A stretch of 64,000 nucleotides of DNA from Squalus acanthias (lineage: Eukaryota): positions 496,001-560,000 of the forward strand of contig JASTWF010000114.1 of assembly GCA_030390025.1 (NCBI GenBank), in the 5' to 3' direction. Below, in pieces: positions 1 to 12,290 of the stretch (positions are counted from its first letter, which is position 1; each line of letters begins with the position of its first letter). The translations under genes were made by a program, and so were the position numbers. A model generated the notes under the pieces. That model had not been told where the DNA came from and made no database searches. It was given only the letters and a program-made list of their open reading frames with translations.

Positions 1-480
1 TCCAACAACACGCAAGATGCTCGACACCATCCAGTACAAAGCAGCCCGCTTGATTGGCACCCTATCCAGCACATTAAACATTCACACCCTCCACCACCGG
101 TGTACCGTGGCTGCAGTGTGTACCATCTGTAAGAGGCACAGCAGCAACTCGCCAAAGCTTCTTCGGCCGGACCTCCGAAACCCGTGACCTCTTCCACCCA
201 GAAGGAAAAGGGCAGCAGACCCTTGGGAAGACCACGGCCTCCAATATCCCCTCCAAGTCACACACCATCCTGACTTAGAAATATATCGCTGATTCTTCAT
301 CGTCGCTGGGTCAAAATCCTGGGACTCCCTCCCTAACAGCACTGAGGGAGCACCTTCACCACAGGGACTGCTGCGTTTCAAGAAGGCGGTTCGCCATCAC
401 CTTCCGAATATCAATTCGGGATGGGCAATAAATGCTGATCTTGCCAGCGACGGCCACATCCCATAAAACGAAATTAATTT
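1..480 (+). mobile_element. 3' end of a CR1/L2-group non-LTR retrotransposon (same family as 61790-63372)
   Basis: Colinear with 62910-63370 (LDTIQ.KAAR.IG C-terminus, then caataaatgctg..ttgccagcgacg tail); no intact ORF. Confidence 0.75.
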
Positions 481-486
481 TTTTTA

Positions 487-1805
487 AGTCTGAGATTGAT
501 TCCACGCAAGCGCTGACTGCTGCCATCATCGCTGGGTCGCAAACAGTCCACTGGGGATCTGACGGTGCCAATTCAGGGCAGCAATCTGTACACGAGCAGA
601 TTACTCCAGATGCTGAGGTTCTGCCCCGGGGGAGAGGCAGTGTGTCGGTCGAGCAGGAAGGTGCTGTCCTCTCTCAGGATGACAGCATTCCTGCTGCCAC
701 CACTGCCACTCTGCCATTGCACTTGTCACAGCCTATAGCCCAGCCATCCCAGACTGCTGCCGCCCATGCTGAGGTGGCGCAGGCTGCATCCAGGCCTTCC
801 AAGCGCTCAGCTGCTCCACGGCGTCCTGCAATGCCATATGAAGTCTCTGGCTCCCAATCTCAGCAGCCTTCGTCCAGCCTTGCTTCAGCTATTCGGGTCA
901 CATCATTGAGGAGCAGTAGTGTTGGGAGAGGGGATCTCCAAATGGGAGGGTAATCATTGAAGAAGGGGGAGTAAAGATTACTTTCCTAGCAAATGGGGGT
1001 AGCTTGTGTTAATAAATTGATGTGTTTGTAAATATATTGGTCTGTTTGTGAACAGATAATTATGCTTCTAATTAAATATTTCTGTTTGGTAACAAATGGT
1101 TCAGTTTGATAAGGAAAGAGTCGATTTTTTTTTGGTGAATGCTTATACGTATTTATGGATAGATGTGTTTCATAAGAGAACGTTTTGTTCGACAATAAAT
1201 TGTTAATTTCACGTTGTACATTTTGTGATATTTCTCATTTGACCCTTGCGCAGTGATACGGGTAATGTAATGCTGGATGTAATGATGTGGTTGTGCTTCG
1301 CAAACGCCATGTGCTTTATCATTGATTGCAAACGCTGTCTAATGAGGCGCTCACGCACGGCCCTTGCAGAAGCAAGACTGAGTGCTTCCCTTCTGCATTC
1401 CTGCTGCTCCTCCTCTTCATCCTCCTCCTCCGCCTCCTCCGCCTCCTCTCCCTCTTCCTCCTTCTGAGGTGGACCTGGAATACCTGGTGGCAATGGCTGG
1501 GGCCTCAGAATGGGCCGGTTGTGCACCATGCAAAACACAACGATGAAAAGGCAGACTCGATCAGGGGACGACTGCAAGGCTGCTCCAGAGCCGTCAAGGC
1601 AGCGGAATCGTTGCTTTAGCACACTGATAGTCTGCTCGATCACGCTACTGGTGGCGCTTTGACTGGCATTGTATGCATGCTGAGCAGGAGTTTTGGGCTT
1701 GCGAAGGGGTGTCATCAGCCAGGTGGTGAGTGGATCAACCCTGTCTCCAAGCAGCCAGTCGCGAGCTTCATGCGATGTGTTGAACAGTGCTGGGACACAA
1801 ACAGT
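487..1805. mobile_element. Old, truncated PIF/Harbinger transposon: 3' part of Myb-like gene (+, ~487-953) and 3' part of transposase (-, ~1300-1805)
   Basis: ORF 432..953 aligns by eye to the C-terminus of ORF 3747..4814; ORF 1209..1715(-) has IEQTISVLKQRFRCLDGSGAALQ and a poly-Glu tail like the transposase at 5109..6269. Confidence 0.85.
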
Positions 1806-2436
1806 GGCACAAATAGAGAAAAATGGGTTTTATCTAATAGGCATTACAGAGACATGGTTGAAATGTGGACAAAATTGGGAACTAAATGTTCCAGCGTATG
1901 TGACGTTTCGAAAAGACAGGCAGAATGGAAAAGGAGGTGTAGTAGCCCTGATAATAAAGGACGACATAAGGACAGTAGCGAGAAAGGATCTTTGCTCGGA
2001 AGATCAGGAAGTAAATTCAGTATGGGTGGAGATAAGGAACAACAAGGGGCCGAAAACAGTTGTTGGAGAAGTATATAGGCCCCCTAACAGTAGCTATAAC
2101 ATTCGATGGAATATTAATCAAGAAATAGAAGGAGCTTGCAACAAAGGCAATGCAATAATCTTGGGGGACTGTAATCTTCATATAGACTGGTCAAATCAAA
2201 TTGGCAAAGGTAGTCTGGAGGACAAGTTAATGGAATGCATTCGGGACAATTTCCTAGAATTATATACCATGGAACCAACCAGGCAACAGTCTATTTTAGA
2301 TATTGTATTATATAATGAGACAGAGTAAATCAGCAATCTCATAGTAATTGATGGTCTGGGGCAGAGTGATCATAATATGATTTAATTTCACGCTAATTTT
2401 GAGAGTGACTTGCCTATGTCCGAAACTAGAGACTTA
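1806..2436 (+). mobile_element. CR1 LINE ORF2 fragment (APE endonuclease), 5' piece, split by the Harbinger insertion
   Basis: Motifs LIGITETWL, RKDRQNGKGGVVAL, VYRPP, IILGDCN, ILDIVL; continues at 6785. Confidence 0.9.
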
Positions 2437-2795
2437 GGGGTAGAAATTAGGTCGCGCCCCATTTGGGGCGCAAATATCGTCCGCGCGCAAATATTAGCGC
2501 CTGGCGCTAATTATCGGCACTGACAGGAAACTTCACTTTTACCGCCCCGGGAGGTGAGTGGAGCGCTAAATTAGGCGCTGCACACCTCTCTTAAGGCGCA
2601 AAGGCCTAGGAGTGAGGCGCTAACTCAGCGCACGAGCGCAGCGCAGCTGCTGCCAGTTAGCGCGGGAACACAGACACACTGACGCCGGACACTTCTTAAA
2701 GCGGGGGGGGGGCCACTTGCTCCCCAGCCACACCCTGCTCATTGCAGCCTTGAATCTCAGCCTGGAGAGACCTGTAATCCATTTTGCTGCCAAGA

Positions 2796-4814
2796 ATGGA
2801 GAGGGTGAGAGAACGAGCTCATCGCTTCACCGAGCGGGCCTTGGATGCTCTGGTTGACGCAGTGGAGCGCAGACGATGCATGCTGTTCCCAGAGAGTGGC
2901 AGGAGGCCTTTGCCACGCGAGTTCAGAAGAGTGTGGAGGGAGGTGGCTCAGAGCGTCTCCTCCAGGAGCATGGTGCCCAGGACCCATGTCCAGTGCCGCA
3001 AGAAGTTCAACGACCTCACTCGGGTCGTCAGGGTGAGTGGCTTTTTCTCAATACCTCTCCATCCCTCCATCTCAACCTCACTCTATGGCCAGAGGGTCTT
3101 AAAACCCCAATGCACAACACTCATCCAACACCTATGGCCCTTTCATCAAACACACACACACATTCCACACTTTGCATACAGTAAGGGCTATTCACCTATG
3201 GGAGGCACATCAGGCAAGACCATGGCTGCATATTGTAAGGGCTATTCACCTATGGGAGGCACATCAGGCAAGACCATGGCTGCATATTGTAAGGGCTATT
3301 CACCTATGGGAGGCACATCAGGCAAGACCATGGCTGTATATTGTAAGGGCTATTCACCTATGGGAGGCACATCAGGCAAGACCATGGCTGTATATTGACT
3401 CAGATGCTGTCCTTTTTCTTGCAGGCTAAGCTGGCTCATAATCGGAGACAGCAGCAACGGACGGGTGGAGGGCGGCTTCAGCTGCAACCCCTCAGCGATC
3501 TGGAGGAGCGCGTCCACAGGATTGTGGCAAGCCGGGTGATCGGTCCCGTCGCCACTGGAGACGCCGACCCCGTTGTGGACAGCAATGGTAAGGTCATCAC
3601 CTTTTTGTCCTCTGTCCTTCCACTTGTCCCTCACAATACCAGCCTTTGACACTTTCAATCCAACTTGCTAACTCGCTGCACTTATTCCTCCCTTACTGCC
3701 ACCCTGTCCTCACGCTAAAGCCACTCTTGTACCTCCCTGCTTTCAGATGGTGATTCACCAGCTGAGGAGATGGTCCCTGAAGCTGCCACTGGGAGTGATG
3801 CTGCAGCTGAGGAGGAAGAGGAAGCCGGAGCATCAGTGCCACCCTCTCCCGAGGAAGCCCATGGCCACACTGGGAACACGCCTTCCCCGGAGGGGAGCAG
3901 GGGGGAAGGGGCTGATGATGGTGAAGTTCCAGGACCCAGCGGGCTGCAGCAACGCCATGGGGGGGGGGAGGGAAGAACGGGGGAGCAGGGGGGAAGGGGC
4001 TGATGATGGTGAAGTTCCAGGACCCAGCGGGCTGCAGCAACGCCATGGGGGGGGGAGGGAAGAACGGGAGCCTTCTCCCCAGAGGGAGAGTATGCCAGAC
4101 ACTCCTAATGCAATGGACGCAGAGGAGGAGCGGATGATTGCAGAAATGAACAGCCAGGCGGTGGTCATGCACACTGAGCTCATGGGTGCAGTGGGAAGGG
4201 TGCCCGAATGCATTGAGGCACTGGCAAGGAGTGTGGAGCACTTCGCTGTAGCACAGGCGGATGCCACACTAAAGCTTACTGCTGCAATTCAGTCACTGGC
4301 TGCCAGGAACCCATCTGAGCCTGCTCTCATGCAGACTCAGATTGAGGCCACGCGAGCACTGACTGCTGCCATCCTCGATGGTTCGTGCACATGTCCCCGG
4401 GGCTGTCACCGCGCCGCAGCAGGCCAGCAATCTGTTCTCAGGCAAATTGCTCCGGATGCTGAAGTGCTGCCCCGTGGGAGTGCCAGTGTGTCGGGCGAGC
4501 AGGGAGTTGCTGTCCTCTCTCACGATGACAGCATTCCTGCTGCCAACACTGTCACTTCTCCACTGCACTTGCCACCGCCTGTAGGACAGACTGCTGCCGC
4601 CCATGCAGAGTTGGTGCAGTCTGCAGCCGGGCCCTCCAGGCCCAGAAGTGGTCGAGGCCGGCCTTCAGGGGCATCTGCAGTGTCAGGGTCTGACAAGCAG
4701 CAGCCTTCCACCAGCCTTGCTGCAGCCACTGAGGTCCCATTACGGAGGAGCAGTAGGGTTAGAAGGGGGGAAGTGCGCAAGGGAAGGAGATCACCCTCGA
4801 AGGGCAAAAAGTAG
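2796..4814 (+). CDS. Harbinger Myb/SANT-like DNA-binding protein, 3 exons (2796-3032, 3425-3587, 3747-4814), ~488 aa if one extra G in the run at 3959-3968 is removed
   Basis: RFTERALDALVDAV...VWREVAQSVSS..PRTHVQCRKKFNDL trihelix motif; GT-AG introns in phase 0 then 1; exon 2 AKLAHNRRQQQRTGGG; the only lesion seen is G10 versus G9 between two copies of an 87/88-bp duplication. Confidence 0.85.
3178..3397 (+). repeat. 54-bp tandem repeat, ~4 near-identical copies, in intron 1 of the Myb-like gene
   Basis: Unit taagggctattcacctatgggaggcacatcaggcaagaccatggctg(c/t)atattg. Confidence 0.95.
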
Positions 4815-5108
4815 GATGTGTGCCAAAATGCTGGTCATTTTTTTATTAAAGGCCGAGGTTCATGGCCCAACTTTTGTTTAGTGTTTTGGACATTATCTCC
4901 AGGTTGTGAGAACCAGTTATGTTATTGACTGTTTTTTGGTGTTTATTTCTATGAGTTTGTCATGAGGAATTGACACACACAGAGTTTGTACAATAAATAA
5001 GTTTCTGTATTCAAAATATACATGGCTGGTGGTTGGAATTATTGGTGCCTTGGCCGGCTTAGGGGTTGCGTGCTGGGTTGATTCGTGTTTGTAGCACTGG
5101 CAGGGGTC

Positions 5109-6269
5109 CTAGAAGCGGCTTGCTATTAGTCGTTGACGGACGGCCCTTGCAGTTTGACCATTGTGGGCCGCCCTCCTGCCTTGGTGCTGCTGCTGATCAT
5201 CGTCCTCGGCCTGTTCCTCCTCTTCCTCCTCCTCCTCTTGTGGTGCTGCAAGGCCTGGTGGCATTGGCTGCGTCCTGAGGATTGCCATGTTGTGCAACAT
5301 GCAGCACACCACTACGAATTTGGAAACTTGCTCAGGCGAGTACTGCAGGGCTCCTCCGGAATGGTCCAGACAGCGGAATCGTTGTTTGAGCACGCCGATT
5401 GTGCGCTCAATAATGTTCCTCGTTGCTTGTTGGCTTTCCTGGTACCGCAGCTCAGCAGGGGTGTTTGGCGCACGGAGCGGTGTCATCAGCCAGGTGCTCA
5501 ATGCGTACCCCTTGTCCCCCAGAAGCCAACCAACTGGCTGATGCGGTGCCTCGAAAATTTCTGCCACAGTACTCTGGCGCAGGATGAAAGCATCGTGGCA
5601 GCTGCCCGGATAGTGGGCATTGACAGCGAGAATCACCTGTCTGTGGTCACAGACCAACTGCACATTCAAGGAATGGAACCCCTTTCTGTTCCGGAACTCC
5701 TCTGCATTCTCTCGCGGAGCACGCAAAGCCACATGCGTGCAGTCAATGGCGCCCTGCACCATGGGGAAGCCCGCTACCCTCGCAAAGCCCATAGCACGGT
5801 CATGCTGCTTGTCTGGGGTCATAGGGAAGGAGATGAAGTCTCGTCTCCTTGTGAAGAGGGCATTGGTGACCTGCCGAATGCAGCGATGCACCGCAAACTG
5901 GGAGATATTGGCGAGGTCCCCAACAGCAGCTTGGAATGAGCCAGTGGCGTAGAAGTTCAAGGCCACTGTGACCTTCACTGCCACCGACAGAGACGTCCTG
6001 GACCTCAGCTGAGGCTGCAGATCTGGCTGCAGCAGGTGGCAGAGCTCAGTGACCACCTCCTTGCTGAATCGCAGCCTTCGCAAACACAGCTCCTCGGACA
6101 TGTGGATGTAGGAGAGCTGTTCACGATATACCCTGGGAGGGTAAGCTCTCCTGTACATGCGCCTGATGGGCCTCCTCCGTCTGGCCATCATTGCCACTCT
6201 CTGTCTGCGTCTCACTCTGCTCCGATTGAGCTGGAGCAGGACGACGCCCCCAATCATTGCAGCCCCCAT
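5109..6269 (-). CDS. Harbinger (HARBI1-family) DDE transposase, intact 386 aa
   Basis: Single ORF with GAIDCTH (D), NRKGFHSLNVQLVCD, PGSCHDA, LLGDKGY (D), RNIIERTIGVLKQRFRCL (E), CCMLHN. Confidence 0.95.
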   Translation of the reverse strand: MGAAMIGGVVLLQLNRSRVRRRQRVAMMARRRRPIRRMYRRAYPPRVYREQLSYIHMSEELCLRRLRFSKEVVTELCHLLQPDLQPQLRSRTSLSVAVKVTVALNFYATGSFQAAVGDLANISQFAVHRCIRQVTNALFTRRRDFISFPMTPDKQHDRAMGFARVAGFPMVQGAIDCTHVALRAPRENAEEFRNRKGFHSLNVQLVCDHRQVILAVNAHYPGSCHDAFILRQSTVAEIFEAPHQPVGWLLGDKGYALSTWLMTPLRAPNTPAELRYQESQQATRNIIERTIGVLKQRFRCLDHSGGALQYSPEQVSKFVVVCCMLHNMAILRTQPMPPGLAAPQEEEEEEEEQAEDDDQQQHQGRRAAHNGQTARAVRQRLIASRF

Positions 6270-6784
6270 CTTCTCTTTGCCAGAAAAGTAATGAGGTACA
6301 GCAACGAAAGTAGCAGCAAAGTTAGGATGAACTAGGCAAAACTACCTCACAAAGCGTTGAGTCAATGTAGAAGTCTCTCTCTCTCTCTCTCCGAATCTCT
6401 CTCTCTCTCTCAGAACGAGTGGTGCATAAATGTCGACCACAGAAAAAGACAGGAAGAGGCCCCCTTTAAATAGCGCCCCCCCCAGCCCCAGACCGATTGA
6501 TAACGTTCCAGTCTTCCGGTCGTTGGAAGCGCCAGGCGGTAAGGCAGGGGGCGCCACTCAATTTCCGCTCCGGGGCGCCCCAAGGGCGTTGCACCACAGA
6601 ATAACGTCACAATCTGCGCGCGCAGGTGGTCGCAGCGGTAAGTTTTAGCGCCGCCGCACAATCTCAAGTTAAGTTCTCGAGCGGCGCAAACAGCGCTGCG
6701 CCCAGGCGTTAGCGCCTTAACGCCCCATTAGCGCCCATTTAAGGCGCTAACGGGAGGCGCAACCAACTGAATTTTTACCCCTTA

Positions 6785-7973
6785 GATTTTAATGAAGCCA
6801 ACCACATAAATTATGAGGGGCGAGTTGGCTAAGGTAGATTGGAAAAATAGATTAAAAGGTATGGCGGCAGATAAGCAGTGGCTTGCATTTAAAGAAATAT
6901 TTCATAATTCTCAACAAAAAATACAACCCGTTGAGAACCAAAAACTCCACGGGAAAAGTGATCCAACCGTGGCTAACTAAAGAAGTTAATGATAGCATTA
7001 GATTGAAAGAAGAATCATATAATTTTGAAAAAAAAATAGTAAACCTGAGGGATGGGAGAGTTTCATGAAACCAGCAATGCTTGACCAAATAATTGATAAA
7101 AAGGGAAAAAATGGAATGAGAGAAAATTAAAAGCAATGTAAAAGCAGATTGTTAGAGTTTCTACATGTATGTAAAAAGGAAAAGTGTAGCAAAAGTAAAC
7201 GTTGGTCCCTTAGAGGCTGAGAGAGGAGAATTTATTATGGGGAATAAGGAAATGGTACAAACTTTAAGCAAATATTTTGTATCTGTCTTCACAGTAGAAG
7301 ACACAAAAGGCATACCAAAAATGGTGGGGAACCAAGGGTCTAATGAGGGTGAGGAACTTAACGTCATTAATACAAGTAGAGAAAAAATACTACAGAAACT
7401 AATGAGACTAAAACCGAAAAAATCACCAGGAACTGATGGCCTACATCCTAGGGTTCTAAAAGAGGTGGCTGAAGAGATAGTGGATGCATTGGTTTCGATC
7501 TTTCAAAATTCTCTAGATTCTGGAATGGTCCCAGTGGATTGGAAGTTCGCAAATATAACACCGCTATTGAAGAAAGGAGGGAGAGAAAAAACAGGGAATT
7601 ACAGGTCAGTTAGCCTGATATCAGTCGTCCGGAAAATGCTGGAATCCATTGTTAAGGAAGTGGTATCAAGTGACTTAGAAAATCATAACATGATTAGACA
7701 GAAGCAAAATGGTTTTATGCAAGGGAAATCGTGTTTGTCAACTTTATTAGAGAATTTCGAGGATGTAACTAGCAGGGTAGATAAAGGGGAACCAGAGGAG
7801 GTAGTATATTTCGATTTACAAAAGGCATTCGATAAGGTGCCACATTAATGGTTATTAACAAGGTTAGGGTTCATGGAGTTGGGGTAATATAATAGAATGG
7901 ATAGAGGATTGTTTTACGGACAAATAACGGAAAGTAGGGATTAATGGATCTTTTTCAGGGTGGCAGGCTGTAA
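6785..7973 (+). mobile_element. CR1 LINE ORF2 fragment (linker and start of RT), decayed
   Basis: KSPGTDGLHPRVLKE, DWKFANITPL.KKG, NYRSVSL, GF..GKSC, D.QKAFDKVPH. Confidence 0.9.
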
Positions 7974-8479
7974 TGAGAATTTAGAAATATTCATAGCAAT
8001 ACAAGTGAAGAAACTGTTCGAGCAGCAACAAAGCAAAGATGAGAAAATGTGAACGCAGCCAAAATGCTATCTGATAAGCCAGCAATGAAACAGAGCTCCC
8101 AATGAACTGCTGAGTGTACCCTTTGAGTAGCGACCCGGGAGCGGCAATCCCAGGTATCAACGCCTGCTATTTCTGTCATTCTCAGCACCAGGTGTTAAGT
8201 CAGGGGAAGCGACTGAATTTCACATCCGAGGCACTAACGGGGCTTTGCACACTCATTGACGTCACGGTTTGAGCGGCACTCGTGGGCCATGCGCTAAGTG
8301 TTAGCGCCGGCTATTCAACTATGGAAGGCACAATGGTCCTTCGTTACTAGACTTCGTGTGATATGGGTGATATATTTATAGATCAACTTATTCATGGTCT
8401 TTGGAACTTTTTTTAGTCTTTCTCATTTCACCTTTGCACCCAGGAGGACGCTGTGATATGACGTGAGAGAGGGATTGTA

Positions 8480-10225
8480 TGATGGGTATGTGGAGAGCAA
8501 CAGGGATCTTGGGTTTCATTCCTTCAAATCACAGTCTTATGATCCAGTCACGGACAGCCCGTCCAGAAGGCTGATTGTTTCGCTGCCTCCTCATTCTCTA
8601 CTGTTCCTCCTGTTCCTCTTTTTCCTCATCCTCTTCCTCCTAGTCCGCCTCCTCATCCTCCTATGCCTCCTCTACATCCTGAAGTGGTCCTGCAATCCCT
8701 GGTGGCAGGGACAGCGGCCTCTTGAGGGCCAAGTTGTGCAGCCTGCAGCAGAACACCATGAAATGGGACACCGACTCCGACGAGTACTGGAGGGCTTCTC
8801 GCGAGCGGTCAAGGCAGTGGAGCCGTTGCTTCAATGAGCCGATGGTCTGCTCGATGATGTTGCTGGTGGCTGTATGGCTTTCGTTCTATGAATGCTGGGG
8901 ACGAGTGTTGGTGTTGCGGAGGTGAGTCTTGAGCCAGGTGGAGTGAGGATCGCCCTTGTCTCCGATCAGACACCTTCGAGCTTGAAGTGAAGGCTGGAAT
9001 ATTGCTGGTACAACGGTCTGGCGCAGGGTGAAGGCATCGTGGCCGCTGACAGGATAGCGGACATTGATATTGAGGATTCGCTGGGCATGGTCGCACTCCA
9101 ACTGCACCTTGACTGTGTGATAGCCTTTGCGGTTACGGAAGATGTCAGGATTGTTATGCAGTGCCCGGAATGCCACGTAGGTGCAGTCAATGACACCCTG
9201 CACCACGGGGAGTCCAGCAATCCTGACAAAGCCACTTGCACGCTCGTCCTGCTTCTCTCTGATGATCGGGAAGACAATGTAGTCCCTTCTCCTGCTGTAC
9301 AGAGCCTCAGTGATCTCTTGGATGCAGCGATGGACGGCGAAATGTGTGATTTTAACTATGTCTCTTTTTACAGACTGGAAGGATCCGTTGGTGAAGAAAT
9401 TGAGGTCACAGTGACCTTGACTGCCAGTGGAAGTGCCCTGGTCCCCCTGGTCTGAGTCTGGAGGTCTGGTTGCAGGATGTGGCAGAGTTCTGTGACTACC
9501 TCCTTGGTGAATCAAAGCCTCCTAATACACTGCTCCTCGCGAACTGAAAGTAGGAGAAGTGATGTCGGAAGAACGTAGTTTGATACGGCCTCCTGTTGAG
9601 AGTCCTGATGGCCCTGCTGCTCATCTGCGCACATGTTCCCGTCTTTCTCGCTGCTTCCACTCCCACCACCGTAGATCCTGGAGGGTGTGGTCGACTATGA
9701 GTATAGTCCCCATGACTTCTAGCAAGTGATTTAGTTTGAAGCGTTTCAAAAATAATAAAAATAGTGAGGGAGTTTTGCTCTTACCTGAAAACTCCCTGAC
9801 ACCAAAGAGCCTTGAAGACAACTCAGGAAAAAACTTGCAGGAGCATGAAGTAGCGCACAGCCACTCACACTGCAAAACACTGTCAGGTGCGAGTGATTGG
9901 TGATGTACCCTTTAAATATCGTCGCTGGAGCCGGCTTCCTGCTGCTGCTCACCACCTCAGCTGTCGTATATTTCTCCAGCTGGTAAGTTCAAAGGCTAAA
10001 ACGAATTGGAAGATCGGGCCTCAAGTGATCATTGCACATTCACTGATGTCATGCTCTTCATGATTGCGAAGTGCCCAGGACTCGAGTTAAGTGGCAGCGC
10101 TACCGACAAGACGGATATGGCATGCGGCGCCAGAGCCAGCATCAGTTCTCTTTAGAGCTCTCAGCGGCGTTTTAGCGCCATCTCGTGGCGCTAATTTTGG
10201 CGCTAAACACACAAATTTCCCTCCC
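8480..10225 (-). mobile_element. Second, decayed Harbinger element (transposase pseudogene ~9713 to ~8520; TIR-like end near 10225)
   Basis: ORF 8886..9515(-) has GVIDCTY, FRNRKGYH, GHDAF, LIGDKG with stops and frameshifts; acidic tail; GCGC-rich subterminal region. Confidence 0.8.
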
Positions 10226-11294
10226 ATTATCTCTGAACCAAACCCTAAAACAAAATCTAAATTAATGCAAAAACTATTCCATAGTGTGTTCTGAAATAAA
10301 CTAGAGTTAGTGAGCTGTATAACCAAGAACTGGATTGGTCCATCATACCACAAATTCCCCGGCAAATAGGCCCCGTTTAATATAGAAATCATGACATAAA
10401 TAGGAATCCGATTGCCACGTTGGGCTGAAACTGGTTATAAGCTGCGCTATTCTATTTCCAACCATTTCCAACACCGATTGAACCGAGGAGGCCCGACACA
10501 GTTGAGCGTTGAATTATTTTGTAGGCTCCAGAGGAGTAGGAGTGTTACTCCAGTGACTCGAATATAATCTGGACAGCTGCCCCCAGTGGACCCCCTCCCT
10601 CTGTGATCACAATTGCTCTCTCCAAAAATGTACCTTGCTGCGGCCTGATCTTGAAGCCTGAATCTGATGAGCTGCATCGGTACGCCTGTTTGACACCAAA
10701 GTTGAATGAGGATGGGGCCTGATAATCGCGGGGGGTTGTTTGCATTTGGAATGGGCGGCTGGTTGGCTTGCTCCTCCAGTCGGCCGCCCAAAAGTCAATA
10801 TCGATTCCAGTCAGTTCAAAACATTCCCAATTTTAAACTAACACGCCACGTTGTCGCTGGGTGGGTAAGGTAAAAATCGGGGCAACGTTCCAAAAGTAAG
10901 GCTTGAAAATGTTTCGAGCCACCTTTACTTTACCAGCACGTCTCAGCTCTGTAACCTCTGAACACCAGCAGCAATCTTACAGGAGCAGAAATGCTTCTGG
11001 ACACTTAGCCAACATCTCACTGACTAGATGCTCAATATGGCTGATTTTCAGCTTCAGTTTTTCCCGTAAACTGGTGGACTGGAAATGAAAATCGAGTAAG
11101 TTTTATTCGGGGCGTTGAACAGTTTAAGCGACAGCGAAGGTGAAAATTTCCCTCCAAGTGATTAGAACGGATGCATTTTGAGATATGTTCCAAGATGTGG
11201 GCTTTCAAGATTGATATTACGGCGTAGGTCAGTAAATGTGTGGCAAACTCGCATGAATAGGTGGTAGCAGCTTGAAAATTGTGACAGGTCACTC

Positions 11295-12290
11295 ACCCTG
11301 GAAATAGTGGGGAACCAAGAGTCGAGTGAGAATGAGGAACATAACAAACTATGTATTGGTAAAGAAATAGTACTGGAGAATTTAATGGCAATAAAACCTG
11401 ACAAATTCCCTGGACCGGGTGGCCTACATTCTGGGATTTTAAATAGGTGGCTACAGAGATAGTGCATGCTTTGGTCTTCCAGAATTCCCTAGATTATAGA
11501 AGGGTGCCCGTGGATTGGAAGATAGCAAATGTAAGCATGCTTTTCAACAAAATAAGGAAAGGGCAAATATGGAGCACTGAGCCAATTAGCTTGACATCAG
11601 TAGTGGGGAAGATGCTAGAATGTATTATTAGTGATGTGGTAACAGGGCACTTAGAAAATCATTATATGATTGAGAAGAGTCGGCACGGATTTATGAAAAG
11701 GAAATCGTGTTTACACAATAGATTTGTTGATGTTGTATCTAGCAGGGTAGATAAGGGAGACCAGTATACGTAGTCTGTTTGCATTTTCAAACATCTATCG
11801 TATAAGGGGCCACACAAAAGATTATTACTCAAAATTAGGGTTTATGGAATTGAGGGTAATATATTAGCATAGATTGAGGATTGATTAACGGACAGAAAAC
11901 AGAGAATAGGAATAAAACGGTCATATTCGGGTTGGCAGGCTGTAACTGGTGGAGTGCCGCAAGGATCAGTGCTTGGGACTCAGCTATTCACAATCCATAT
12001 CAAAGACTGAGATGATGGGACCAAGTGTAATATTTCCAAGGCTGCAGACGGTACAAAGCTAGGTGGAAAAGTTAAGTTGTGAGGAGGATGCAAGGAGGCT
12101 GTAAAGGCATATACACAGGTTAAGTGAGTGGGCAAGAACGTTGGTAGAAAAATAGTAAAGTAGAATATTTTTTAAATGGTGAGAGATTGGGAAATATTGG
12201 GTGCCGTTGTACACGAATCACACAAATTTGAAATGCAGGTACAGCAAGCAATTAGGAAAGAACAGGTTACGTCAGCCTTTATTACAAAGT
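11295..12290 (+). mobile_element. CR1 LINE RT fragment, decayed
   Basis: [38 protein letters not shown]-like sequence. Confidence 0.85.

Larger units (their letters stand above)
2437..6781. mobile_element. Near-intact autonomous PIF/Harbinger DNA transposon (4345 bp)
   Basis: TIRs GGGGTAGAAATT (2437) and AATTTTTACCCC (ending 6781), one mismatch; TTA target-site duplication at 2434-2436 and 6782-6784; convergent Myb-like and transposase genes; subterminal (TA)GCGC(C) repeats; flanks rejoin into one CR1 ORF2. Confidence 0.95.

Noticed and set aside
1693-2328. 211-aa ORF as a host gene
   Set aside because: Chance read-through from antisense Harbinger sequence into a CR1 endonuclease fragment.
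3178-3397. Short regular repeats as a possible CRISPR array (also 33780-34140 and 56010-56800)
   Set aside because: Head-to-tail tandem units without unique spacers, eukaryotic context, no cas genes.
3747-3960. N-terminus of the listed 355-aa ORF
   Set aside because: Wrong frame; splice phase shows exon 3 begins in the MVPEAATG frame and joins this ORF only after the G-run.
5133-5939. 268-aa + strand ORF
   Set aside because: Antisense shadow of the transposase with no recognisable motifs.
5109-6269. Domesticated host gene HARBI1
   Set aside because: Lies inside TIRs with a TSD and a Myb partner and interrupts a CR1, so it is a transposon copy.
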